A DNA stretch of 64,000 nucleotides from Armatimonadota bacterium. GTDB lineage: Bacteria; Armatimonadota; SYMT01. Below, in pieces: positions 46,785-55,746 of this stretch (position 1 is its first letter; each line of letters begins with the position of its first letter). A program made the translations under genes and the position numbers. The stretch spans positions 192,001 through 256,000 of the forward strand of contig JAWLHY010000009.1 of the NCBI GenBank assembly GCA_041690135.1, written 5' to 3'. Under the pieces are notes generated by a model, which had not been told where the DNA came from, searched no databases, and saw only the letters and a program-made list of their open reading frames with translations.

Positions 46785-47858
46785 ATGCGAGCCCGCATGG
46801 TGCTCGGAGGCCGCCGTCACGGGTTGGGAGGGGCGCAGCGGATCGTCGAGGGGCTGGAGTATCGTCTCGAACGCGAGGGCTGGGAGGTGGAGTGGTTCAC
46901 GCCGCATGACCTGCCGGCGCTTCCCCAGTCACGGCGCTTTCCCGCGGTGAACGAGGCGCTGCGCGCCCTGGCCCTCGGCAAGGCGATACGTGGCTTGCCG
47001 CGCGTGGACCTGACGATCTCGCACGGGATTTTCGGGCTGTGGACGCCGGGCCGGCGGGTCCATGCCTACCACGGAACGTCCGCCGGTATGGCGCGCGCCT
47101 GCCGGGCGGGAATCCATCCACTCGATTACCAGGTCATCCGCTGGATGTATGGCACGTGCGAGCAGGGGAGCGGAGTGGGCGCCTACCGCGTTGCCGTTTC
47201 GCAGCCCGTAGCTCGGGAAGTCGGCCGCTACTATCGCCTGCGAACCCAGCGCATCCTCCATAACGGGGTCGATATCCGCCATTTCACCCCGCGTGCCAAT
47301 GCGACCGAGTTGCGCCGGCGCTGGTCTCTGCCGGAAGACGACTTTCTGCTGCTCGTGGTCGGCCGGATGGACTACGGCAAAGGGCGGGAGGTACTGAAGG
47401 AGATGGCGCCACTACTTCCACCCGAGGTGAAGTTCGTGGTAGCGGCGCCCGAGGCGTCGAAGATGGAGACGTTCCCCGCGGAGCGATTGATCCTTCTTCC
47501 GGGCATAGCTTACCGGGATTTGCCGCTTCTCTACGCGGCCTGCGACGTGCTGCTCTGCGCCTCACTGTACGAAGGGTTCGGGTTGACCCTGATCGAGGCG
47601 TGGGCGTGCGGGCTCCCCGTGGTGACCGGACGCCTGGGCATCATCGAAGAGCTATCCGGCACGGAGCCCGCCCTGGATGCGTGTGTGGCGGGGGTAGGGG
47701 ACGCTCCGGGCCTGGCGGCATCCGTCTGTCGACTGGTGGAAGACCGGGAACTGGGTCGCCGGCAGGGGGAGTGGGGACGTCATCTGGTGGAAGAGCGCTT
47801 CTCCGCCGACCGGTTCACGTCCGAGTGGTGGCAGGTCATCCGGGAAGTAAGCTCATGA
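46785..47858 (+). CDS. Glycosyltransferase family 4
   Basis: GGAQR, HNGVD, GRMDYGKG, YEGFGLTLIEAWACGLPVV. Confidence 0.9.
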   Translation: MRARMVLGGRRHGLGGAQRIVEGLEYRLEREGWEVEWFTPHDLPALPQSRRFPAVNEALRALALGKAIRGLPRVDLTISHGIFGLWTPGRRVHAYHGTSAGMARACRAGIHPLDYQVIRWMYGTCEQGSGVGAYRVAVSQPVAREVGRYYRLRTQRILHNGVDIRHFTPRANATELRRRWSLPEDDFLLLVVGRMDYGKGREVLKEMAPLLPPEVKFVVAAPEASKMETFPAERLILLPGIAYRDLPLLYAACDVLLCASLYEGFGLTLIEAWACGLPVVTGRLGIIEELSGTEPALDACVAGVGDAPGLAASVCRLVEDRELGRRQGEWGRHLVEERFSADRFTSEWWQVIREVSS

Positions 47859-49000
47859 ATCCGGGAGCTTCGGTGACCGGCAGACGGCTGCGCGTTGGTC
47901 TGGACGGCAGCCTGGCTTCCAGTAAGCGACCGACCGGAGTGGAGCATTTCGCCCGCTCGCTCCTGGGCGAGTTGCTCCGACTGCATGCTGCGGACGTGGA
48001 GTGGTTCCTGTACCTGCCCCCGTACGCCGATATCGGCTGCGAAGTGCCCCCGGAGGTCCACGCCCGCTACCGGCCGGACGTCAACACCCTGATCAAGAAA
48101 CCCTGGCTGATCGGCAACACCTGGCGCGATCGCCTGGACGTGATCTACGCTTTCGGGCACCTGCTTCCGGGCGGCTGCCGGGGACGGTACGTGTTGACGG
48201 TCCACGATCTCGCCTTCGACTCCTATCCGGACTGCTATCCGCCCGGAGCCCCGGAAGGCGCCCGCTTGCAGGTAGCGCATGCGTGCCGCCAGGCCAACCG
48301 GTTTGTTGTCCCCTCGGAGGCCACTCGAGACGATCTGGTTGCCGGATATCGCTTCCCGGAGAAGCGGGTTCACGTGATTTACGAGGGCAGTCGTGGGATC
48401 TTCACGCCCGGCGACCCCGGCCCCTTACCGGAAAAGGTGGTGTCCGCGGGAATCGCCGCTCCGTACTTCCTCAGCGTGGGCCGCCTGGACCGCCGGAAGA
48501 ACGTGGAGCGCGTTATCGAAGCCTATCGTTCACTGCTGCGAGACGGAGTGTCCTGCGGAGGCCTGGTGATCGTTGGTCCCGACGACTCCGGTTCGGAAGC
48601 GGTGAAGGCACGTGTCGCGGCCGGCCAGGTGCCGGGAGAGCAGATCGTGATGACCGGCTACCTGGACGAAGCGGACCTCGTGCGGCTTTTCCGAGGCGCG
48701 TCCGCGGTCGTCTATCCGTCTCTGGCGGAGGGATTTGGCTTACCCGTGCTTGAGGCCATGGCCTGTGGCATCCCGACAATCACCTCGTGTGTCTCCTCCA
48801 TGCGCGAGGTAGGGGCGGGCGCCGCTCTCCTCGTGGAACCCACCGATCCGGCGGCGATCGCCGCGGCGATGCGGCGGGTGCTGACCGAGCCCGATTTGCG
48901 CGAGCAACTGGCGGCTGCCGGACTACGTCGTGCGGAGGAGTTAACGTGGCGGAAAAGCGCCGAGCGTCTCCTCGAGGTATTCCGGCTGGCGGCCAGGTGA
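47855..49000 (+). CDS. Glycosyltransferase family 4 (mannosyltransferase-like)
   Basis: TGVEHF, TVHDL, GRLDRRKN, EGFGLPVLEAMACG. Confidence 0.9.
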   Translation: MNPGASVTGRRLRVGLDGSLASSKRPTGVEHFARSLLGELLRLHAADVEWFLYLPPYADIGCEVPPEVHARYRPDVNTLIKKPWLIGNTWRDRLDVIYAFGHLLPGGCRGRYVLTVHDLAFDSYPDCYPPGAPEGARLQVAHACRQANRFVVPSEATRDDLVAGYRFPEKRVHVIYEGSRGIFTPGDPGPLPEKVVSAGIAAPYFLSVGRLDRRKNVERVIEAYRSLLRDGVSCGGLVIVGPDDSGSEAVKARVAAGQVPGEQIVMTGYLDEADLVRLFRGASAVVYPSLAEGFGLPVLEAMACGIPTITSCVSSMREVGAGAALLVEPTDPAAIAAAMRRVLTEPDLREQLAAAGLRRAEELTWRKSAERLLEVFRLAAR

Positions 49001-49004
49001 AAGT

Positions 49005-50198
49005 TTGGGCAATTCGAACGGAAAATGTCTGGTCCTGGCTCCCGGCAACCCGTACCCTCCCCGGGATGCGGTGGCTATCCGGGTCCTGGAGTTCCTCCGG
49101 CTCCTTGAACGGCCGGTGGATCTGCTGGTATTCGGGGATGAGGACCGGCAACAGGCTCTCGCGGCGCCCGCGACCGGCCGGCTGATCCAGGTTCAGCGTC
49201 CGCCCCGCCAGGCACGCTCCCCGCTCAGCCAGTCGCTCTTCGGAGATCCCACCACGCTGGTCTCCTTCCGCTCCGAGCGCTACGCGGACCGGATGCGAGA
49301 GTGCCTTGCGGAAGGCCCGGCGCTGGTATTGGCCGTAGGGCTGCAGATGGGGCAGTACCTGGATGCGGTGCCCGCCACGATTCCGACGATCCTGGATGAT
49401 TACAACGTCGAGTGGAAAATCCTGGATCGGCTGGCCGGGTTGAAGGGCGGCCTGAAGCGCCACTACTGGCGGCACGAGGCGCGGAAGCTCCGGAATTGGG
49501 AAAGCCGCCTGCTGCAAAAACCCCGTACTGTGCTGGCGATCTCCGAAGTGGATCGTTCGGGGCTGCGAGAACTGGCCCCACGGCAGGACATCCGGGTGGT
49601 GGGGCCCTGTATTCCCGCCGAAGCGGACGCGGCGGACGAAGCCGCTCCCGTGGAGCCGGTGCTGGTTTTCACCGGAGCATTCAACTGGCACGTCAACGTT
49701 CAGGCGGCGGAGTGGTTTTGCCGCTCCGTGCTTCCACAGGTGCAGGCGCGCGTCCCAGAGGCCCGAGTGGAATTGGTGGGGAAAGACCCGGCCCCAGAGG
49801 TGCGGGCGCTTGCTCAGCTTCCGGGAGTCGCTATCACCGGCACCGTGCCGGACGTGCTTCCGTACTTGCGGAAAGCCTCGGCTGCCATTGTGCCGCTCAA
49901 GTATGGAAGTGGCGTGCGTTACAAGATCCTGGAGGCGTTCAGCGCCGGGGCGCCCGTAGTCACCACCTCTGTCGGATGCGAGGGGCTGGATGTCCGTCAC
50001 GGGCGGGAGTTGTTGATCGCCGATGATGCGGCGGCGTTCGCCGCGGCTTGCTGTGAACTCCTGGAAAGCGCCGACGCTCGCAAGTCGCTCGCCCGCCAGG
50101 GGACGCAGTGGCTGCAGGAGATCAACCGCGCTACGGCCGCGTCTTTCCGTGGCGTGGTCCGCGAGTGCCTGAATTCGGACGCTGTTCTGACTGTGTGA
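49005..50198 (+). CDS. Glycosyltransferase family 4-like
   Basis: PYPP, YNVE, FTGAFNW.VN, PLKYGSGVRYKILEA, TSVGCEGL. Confidence 0.85.
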   Translation: MGNSNGKCLVLAPGNPYPPRDAVAIRVLEFLRLLERPVDLLVFGDEDRQQALAAPATGRLIQVQRPPRQARSPLSQSLFGDPTTLVSFRSERYADRMRECLAEGPALVLAVGLQMGQYLDAVPATIPTILDDYNVEWKILDRLAGLKGGLKRHYWRHEARKLRNWESRLLQKPRTVLAISEVDRSGLRELAPRQDIRVVGPCIPAEADAADEAAPVEPVLVFTGAFNWHVNVQAAEWFCRSVLPQVQARVPEARVELVGKDPAPEVRALAQLPGVAITGTVPDVLPYLRKASAAIVPLKYGSGVRYKILEAFSAGAPVVTTSVGCEGLDVRHGRELLIADDAAAFAAACCELLESADARKSLARQGTQWLQEINRATAASFRGVVRECLNSDAVLTV

Positions 50199-50206
50199 GG
50201 AATACT

Positions 50207-51118
50207 GTGCCAGCGAGTCGAGTCGTCGTCGTCATTCTCACCATGAACCAGCGGGAGTTGACCCGCGCGTGCCTGGAGTCGCTGCGGGACTGCCGGGAAG
50301 AACTGGCCGGCGTCGTGATGCTGGACAATGCCTCCACGGACGGCACCTATGAGTTGGTGACCGCCGAGTTTCCGGAAGTGAACGCGATTCGCTCCGAGAC
50401 GAACCTGGGGATGGCCGCCGGGCGGAACCTGGGGCTGCGGACGGCGTTGGAGATGGGCGCCGACTACGTCTGGTCGATCGACAACGATACGGTGGTCCCC
50501 AAGGGCACCATCCCGAAACTCAACGAGTTCATGGATGCCAATCCCGACGTGGGCATCGCCGCCGCCACCGTTTGCTGGGGGCACGAGCGGGATAAGGTCT
50601 GGTCGACCACCGGGTTCATTGACTGGGAACTGGGTGAGCCGAAACATCCCGAGCGGAACCGGCCGTATGCCGAACTCGAGCAAGAGGTGAATGAGGCGGC
50701 CTTCATCTGCGGCTGCAACATGTTCTTCCGCGCCGAGGTGGTCCGGAAGACCGGCGGCTACGACGAGCGATTCTTCTGCTACTACGAGGATGTGGATTGC
50801 AGCATCCGCGCCCGGAAGCTGGGCTATCGCCTGGTGTCGCTTCGCACTCCCGTCATCTACCACTATCACCGGAGCGCGCTGGGGCGCGCCAGCCCCCGGA
50901 TGACCTATTTCGTGATGCGGAATCGGTTCCTCTTTGTGGAGCAAAACTGCACGCCGGAGCAGCGGCGGAAGTTCATGACCAGGTGGTATCTCCAGTACCT
51001 CTTCCGCTTTCTTCCCAAGCGCTTGCTGGAAGGGGATTTTGCCGCCATCCGGGCCACCCGGTTGGCGCTTCGCGACTACTGGCGGCGAGACTGGAAGACC
51101 CAGCCGGAACTCGGATAG
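50207..51118 (+). CDS. Glycosyltransferase family 2
   Basis: LDNASTDG, NLG.AAGRN, IDND, FFCYYEDVD. Confidence 0.9.
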   Translation: MPASRVVVVILTMNQRELTRACLESLRDCREELAGVVMLDNASTDGTYELVTAEFPEVNAIRSETNLGMAAGRNLGLRTALEMGADYVWSIDNDTVVPKGTIPKLNEFMDANPDVGIAAATVCWGHERDKVWSTTGFIDWELGEPKHPERNRPYAELEQEVNEAAFICGCNMFFRAEVVRKTGGYDERFFCYYEDVDCSIRARKLGYRLVSLRTPVIYHYHRSALGRASPRMTYFVMRNRFLFVEQNCTPEQRRKFMTRWYLQYLFRFLPKRLLEGDFAAIRATRLALRDYWRRDWKTQPELG

Positions 51119-51162
51119 GAGTCCTTCCCTACGGCCACCTGCGGCCGTGGGCGACCAGAACT

Positions 51163-52305
51163 ATGGGCATTCCGCAGTCCTCTAGAATTTTGATCACGGG
51201 GGGAGCCGGCTTCGTCGGCTGCCATCTCGCGCGTGCCCTCGTTGAACGGGGGCACGGCGTGCGGGTGCTCGATGCCCTGGTGGAGCAGGTGCATCCCACC
51301 GGTATGCGTCCGGCCGCGCTGCCCGCGGAAGTGGAGCTGATCCGGGGCGATGTCTGCGACCCGGCTGTTGTACGGGAAGCCTTGAGGGACGTCGATGCCG
51401 TCTACCACCTCGCATCGGAGGTGGGTGTCGGGCAGTCGATGTACGCCATCGGCCGGTTTGTCCGTGCCAACGCCCTGGGAACGGCAGTGCTCCTGGAGGA
51501 GATCGTACGGAACCACCGGGGATTGCGGAAGCTGGTGGTGGCCTCTTCCATGACGCTCTACGGAGAAGGCTGCGGCTACTGCGAGCGCCACGGGCGCGTG
51601 GAGCCGGGGCTCCGGTCTCCCGAGGCGCTGATCCGGCGTCAGTGGGAGCCGACGTGTCCGCAGTGTGAAGCACCGCTGCAACCGGCGCCGACACCGGAGA
51701 CGAAGCTGCCTGTGCCTACCTCCGTGTACGCCGTATCCAAGCGGGATCAGGAAGAGCTCTGCCTGGCGGTCGGCCGGGCTTACGAGATTCCCACGGTGGC
51801 CCTCCGGTACTTCAACATTTACGGCCCCGGTCAGGCGCTTACCAACCCCTACACCGGCGTGATCTCCATCTTCTGTCGCCGCCTCATGGAAGGCCAGCCG
51901 ATTACGATCTACGAAGACGGCGCGCAGAGCCGGGACTTCGTCCACGTGAACGACATCGTCCAGGCGAACCTGCTGGCGCTGGAGGCTTCCGAGGCGGACT
52001 ACCAGACGATCAACGTCAGCTCGGGCGAGCTCTGGTCGGTCGGTGAGGTGGCACGGTTGGTCCTTGCCGCCATGGGCGGAGACGGAGCGATTGAGATCGC
52101 CGAGAAGTTCCGGGCGGGCGACATCCGTCATTGCCACGCCGATCTGACGCGCGCCCGCCGTCTCCTCGGATTCCAGCCGCGTATCGGCTTGAGAGAAGGT
52201 CTGCCGCGGACGATCGACTGGGCCCGTTCCCAGGCAATCGCCGGACTCCAGCCCCGTGAAGATGCCGCCGCTCGCGAACTGGAAGCGCACGGCCTGCTGC
52301 GATAA
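51163..52305 (+). CDS. NAD-dependent epimerase with Cys-rich insertion (dTDP-rhamnose 4-epimerase-like)
   Basis: LITGGAGFVG, EVGVGQSMY, CERH...CPQC insert, YAVSK, NPYTGV, EDG.QSRDF. Confidence 0.85.
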   Translation: MGIPQSSRILITGGAGFVGCHLARALVERGHGVRVLDALVEQVHPTGMRPAALPAEVELIRGDVCDPAVVREALRDVDAVYHLASEVGVGQSMYAIGRFVRANALGTAVLLEEIVRNHRGLRKLVVASSMTLYGEGCGYCERHGRVEPGLRSPEALIRRQWEPTCPQCEAPLQPAPTPETKLPVPTSVYAVSKRDQEELCLAVGRAYEIPTVALRYFNIYGPGQALTNPYTGVISIFCRRLMEGQPITIYEDGAQSRDFVHVNDIVQANLLALEASEADYQTINVSSGELWSVGEVARLVLAAMGGDGAIEIAEKFRAGDIRHCHADLTRARRLLGFQPRIGLREGLPRTIDWARSQAIAGLQPREDAAARELEAHGLLR

Positions 52306-52310
52306 TCCCC

Positions 52311-53462
52311 ATGCGTATCCTGTTCCTTACCGACAAGTTCACCCCGGAGCGCGGCGGCAGCCAGATCATTTTCAACCACGTCTACGACCATCTCCCGGCG
52401 CATGAGGTAACGGTGCTGACGCGGAGTTGGCCGGGAGACCGCGAAGCTGACGCGAGCTACCGCCATCCGGTCGTGCGGGTGCCCTATTCCAACATTCCCA
52501 AGCTGCGGACGCCCCTGCTGTGGCTGTCCCTGTTGCGCGAAGGAAGGCGACTGATCCGCCGGCAGGGGTTCGACCTGATCGTTTCCGGCCAACCGGTGGA
52601 AACGGCTCCCTTCGGCGCCCGGTTGGCGCGGGAGTTTCACCTTCCCAGCCTGGTCCACACCTTTGCGGAGGACGTCACCTCGTTCCTTACCCACCCGATC
52701 CTGGGGCGGATGATGCGCGGGGCGCTCACCCAGGCGGGCGCGGTCACCACGATCAGCCACTTCACCCGCGATCATCTTCTGCGCCTGGGCGTCTCACCGG
52801 AACGCATCGTCTTGCTCTATCCGGGTGTCGTGCCGGAACGATGGCAGGACACGGGCCGTGCCGCGGAGATTCGCCGGCGGTACGAGCTGGAAGGCAAGCG
52901 GGTCGTTATCACCGTGAGTCGCCTTATCCCGCGCAAAGGTCACGACGTCGTGCTCCAGGCCCTTCCTCAAGTGTTGAAGAAGGTGCCGAATGCCGTCTAT
53001 CTCATCGTGGGGGATGGACCGCAGGAAGCCCACCTGCGCAGCCTCGCCGATTCGCTGGGGTTGCAGAACAGTGTGCGGTTCGCCGGCAGCATTCCCAACG
53101 CCGAGACGGTCGACTACTACCACGCCAGCGACGTCTTCGTGATGCCGAACCGGCGGATGTCCAATGGGGATATCGAGGGCTTTGGCCTCGTGTTCCTGGA
53201 AGCGAACGTGTGTGGCCTGCCGGTGATCGGGGGGCGTTCCGGCGGCGCCGTCGATGCCATCGAGCACGGACGGACCGGATTCCTGGTGGAGCCCACCTCG
53301 GTGGAAGAAGTGGCGGACCGCCTGATCGAACTCCTGACCCAGGAAGACCGCGCCCGGGAGATGGGGACCGTGGGACGCCAGCGGGTGCTGGACAACTTTA
53401 CCTGGAGCCGGAGCGGCACTGTTCTCGACCGGGCGGTCACGCTCGCCGCGGGACGGGCCTGA
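52311..53462 (+). CDS. Glycosyltransferase family 4 (PimB-like)
   Basis: SRLIPRKG, EGFGLVFLEAN.CGLPVIGG.SGG. Confidence 0.9.
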   Translation: MRILFLTDKFTPERGGSQIIFNHVYDHLPAHEVTVLTRSWPGDREADASYRHPVVRVPYSNIPKLRTPLLWLSLLREGRRLIRRQGFDLIVSGQPVETAPFGARLAREFHLPSLVHTFAEDVTSFLTHPILGRMMRGALTQAGAVTTISHFTRDHLLRLGVSPERIVLLYPGVVPERWQDTGRAAEIRRRYELEGKRVVITVSRLIPRKGHDVVLQALPQVLKKVPNAVYLIVGDGPQEAHLRSLADSLGLQNSVRFAGSIPNAETVDYYHASDVFVMPNRRMSNGDIEGFGLVFLEANVCGLPVIGGRSGGAVDAIEHGRTGFLVEPTSVEEVADRLIELLTQEDRAREMGTVGRQRVLDNFTWSRSGTVLDRAVTLAAGRA

Positions 53463-53469
53463 AACTACG

Positions 53470-54399
53470 ATGAGCGCTGCGCGAAAGACACGAGCCGAAT
53501 ACGTCAAGCATCGGAACGGCGACTCGCCGGCCCGCGTGACCGTAACGGAGGGGCGCGCGGTAAGCCCCGACGGGCCGCGCGTGAGCATCATCATCCCCAC
53601 CGCGGATGGCCAGCGCCATGGATACCTGGACGTGCTTCTGGAACAGATCGGCGAGCAGACGTTTCAGGACCTGGAGGTCATCCTGGTGACGGGCGACACC
53701 CGGCAGGGTCGCGCCATCAATCTTGGCGCCGAGCTGGCACGGGGAGAGTACCTGCTGACTTTCGATGACGATTCCCAACTCGGCATTGCTACCGTGATCC
53801 AGTGCCTGGTGGACGCGATGGACGCCGACGCCTCGATCGGCATGGCCGGGGTGGAGAACCGGGTGCCGAAAGACGCCCCCTGGCTGGTCCGCCGGCTGAT
53901 GCTGGAAGTGCCGCGGCGCTGTTCGCCCCCCGTAACTACGGTGACCGACAGCGATATGGCGGAGCATCCGTGCCTGATGATGCGAAAGTCGGTCTTTTAC
54001 CGGATCGGCGGCGAGCACGAGATCGTGCCGCGGGGACTGGACCCGTACCTTCGGCGAGAGTTCCGGGCCGCCGGCACCCGAGTCGTGGTGGTTCCCGGCG
54101 TCTGGATCCACCATCTTCCCCCGCCGAACCTCCGGGCGATCCTGCGCCAGTTCTACCGGAACGGGAAGATGTCCGCCCTGGTAAGCCGGCAGTTTCCCGA
54201 CCTGGCGCTCGACAACGCGCTGCAGCACGGGGAAGCGCAGATCCAGGCGCAGCCCCGCTGGTTCCGAGCCCTGAGGCATGCCGGCCGGATGGCGGGAGCA
54301 CTCTTCAGCATGAAGTGGATTTACCTGGCGACCACCGTCGCTTACGGGCTCGGCGTGCTGGCCGGCGGGCGCCAGGAAACGGGCAAGGCCACCAAATGA
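53470..54399 (+). CDS. Glycosyltransferase family 2
   Basis: VSIIIPT, AINLGA, TFDDD. Confidence 0.8.
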   Translation: MSAARKTRAEYVKHRNGDSPARVTVTEGRAVSPDGPRVSIIIPTADGQRHGYLDVLLEQIGEQTFQDLEVILVTGDTRQGRAINLGAELARGEYLLTFDDDSQLGIATVIQCLVDAMDADASIGMAGVENRVPKDAPWLVRRLMLEVPRRCSPPVTTVTDSDMAEHPCLMMRKSVFYRIGGEHEIVPRGLDPYLRREFRAAGTRVVVVPGVWIHHLPPPNLRAILRQFYRNGKMSALVSRQFPDLALDNALQHGEAQIQAQPRWFRALRHAGRMAGALFSMKWIYLATTVAYGLGVLAGGRQETGKATK

Positions 54400-55085
54400 G
54401 ACAAGGATCTCCGGTGGCGCCCCGCGTGGTCGCCGTGCTTCCCGCCTTCAACGAGGCGGGGCATGTCGGTAAAGTGGTCCGCGCCGTGCGCCCCTACGTG
54501 GATGCGGTGGTAGTGGTGGACGACGGTTCCCGGGACACTACTTCGCAAGAGGCGCGCGAGGCGGGCGCCGTCGTGCTGCGTCACCTGGTGAACCGGGGCG
54601 CCGGCGGCAGTACGATGACGGGCCTGAAGGCGGCGGCCCGGCTCGGGGCCGAGATCGTCGTGACCCTGGATGCGGACGGCCAGCATTTGCCGGAGGAGAT
54701 TTCGCGGGTGATCGCGCCGATCGAGCGCGGTGAGGCGGATTTCGTCATCGGCTCGCGACTGCTGCAGCCGAAGGGGATGCCCCGCAGCCGCCTGCTGGCG
54801 AACCGGGTGGCGGACCTTTGCCTGCGCATCCTCTTCGGAGTCCAGGTCTGCGACAGTCAATCCGGATTCCGCGCGCAGAGCCGGCTGGTGATCGAGAACA
54901 TCGACGTGCGGACCAGCCGTTTTGAAACGATCAGCGAGATCGTGGTCGAGGTCGCGCGCCGGAAGTTCCGAGTGGCGCACGTTCCGATCACCGTTATCTA
55001 TACCGAATACTCCATGTCCAAGGGTCAGAACTTCTGGGTGGGGCTCCAGACCCTGGCGCGCCTGGTGATGCGGAAAGTCGGATGA
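54396..55085 (+). CDS. GT2, polyprenyl-phosphate sugar synthase (DPM/GacI-like)
   Basis: PAFNE, VVDDGSRD, NRGAG, TLDADGQH, VIGSR, DSQSGFRA. Confidence 0.88.
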   Translation: MRQGSPVAPRVVAVLPAFNEAGHVGKVVRAVRPYVDAVVVVDDGSRDTTSQEAREAGAVVLRHLVNRGAGGSTMTGLKAAARLGAEIVVTLDADGQHLPEEISRVIAPIERGEADFVIGSRLLQPKGMPRSRLLANRVADLCLRILFGVQVCDSQSGFRAQSRLVIENIDVRTSRFETISEIVVEVARRKFRVAHVPITVIYTEYSMSKGQNFWVGLQTLARLVMRKVG

Positions 55086-55459
55086 ACCCGATCCAGATCG
55101 CTCTTACGCTCTTTCTCGGAATTGCGATCACGCGCGTGGTTTCCGCCATTCGTGTGAACCAGATCAGCTGGCGGCGCGGTGTCCTCTGGATCGCGCTCTG
55201 GCTGACGGGCATTTTCGTGGTCTGGTTTCCGGACACCACCCTCGTCGTCGCGCAGATCGCTGGAGTGAAGCGCGGCGTCGATGCCGTGCTCTACGTCTCC
55301 GTGGCCCTGATGACCTACCTGATCTTCCGGCTTTATGCCGCCATCGAGAAGCAGGACCAGGTGATCACGCGCCTGGTGTCCGAACTGGCGCTCCGGGAAC
55401 TATCCGCCCCGACCAACCGGGGTGACGGTTCCGCCCCCTCCGCCCAGGGCGGCCGGTAG
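55082..55459 (+). CDS. DUF2304-family small membrane protein
   Basis: Three TM helices, GVKRGVD, ITRLVSELAL; overlaps the DPM-like GT2. Confidence 0.82.
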   Translation: MNPIQIALTLFLGIAITRVVSAIRVNQISWRRGVLWIALWLTGIFVVWFPDTTLVVAQIAGVKRGVDAVLYVSVALMTYLIFRLYAAIEKQDQVITRLVSELALRELSAPTNRGDGSAPSAQGGR

Positions 55460-55639
55460 TATTACAACGACGGCTTTAGGTTAGGCGGTTCAAACCGCAC
55501 GCTGAAACGGCACGAAGTCGCCACCACACCCACAAGTGGGTACCCGGGTGCCCGGCGCGGACTCGCCGCGCAAGTAGCGAGCTCGGCCGCAACCCAGCGA
55601 TTTCACGCACGCGTGATGGAACTTCATCGTTGTAGTATT
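55458..55639 (+). ncRNA. Candidate multibranch structured RNA in an intergenic spacer
   Basis: 13-bp closing helix with two G.U pairs enclosing several short hairpins. Confidence 0.4.
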
Positions 55640-55700
55640 GGCTTGCGTCGGTTCGCGAATCCCTCCGAATAACCCTCGTCTTTGCGCTCACACCTCTCGG

Positions 55701-55733
55701 GGCGAAGGGCACCTCGCCCGGAACCGCCGATAA
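55701..55733 (+). promoter_or_regulatory. Candidate internal alternative-sigma promoter (sigma28-like -10) for asnB
   Basis: GGCGAAGGG-N16-GCCGATAA ending 13 nt before an ATG that lacks an SD. Confidence 0.5.
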
Positions 55734-55746
55734 TCCCACCCTGTAT

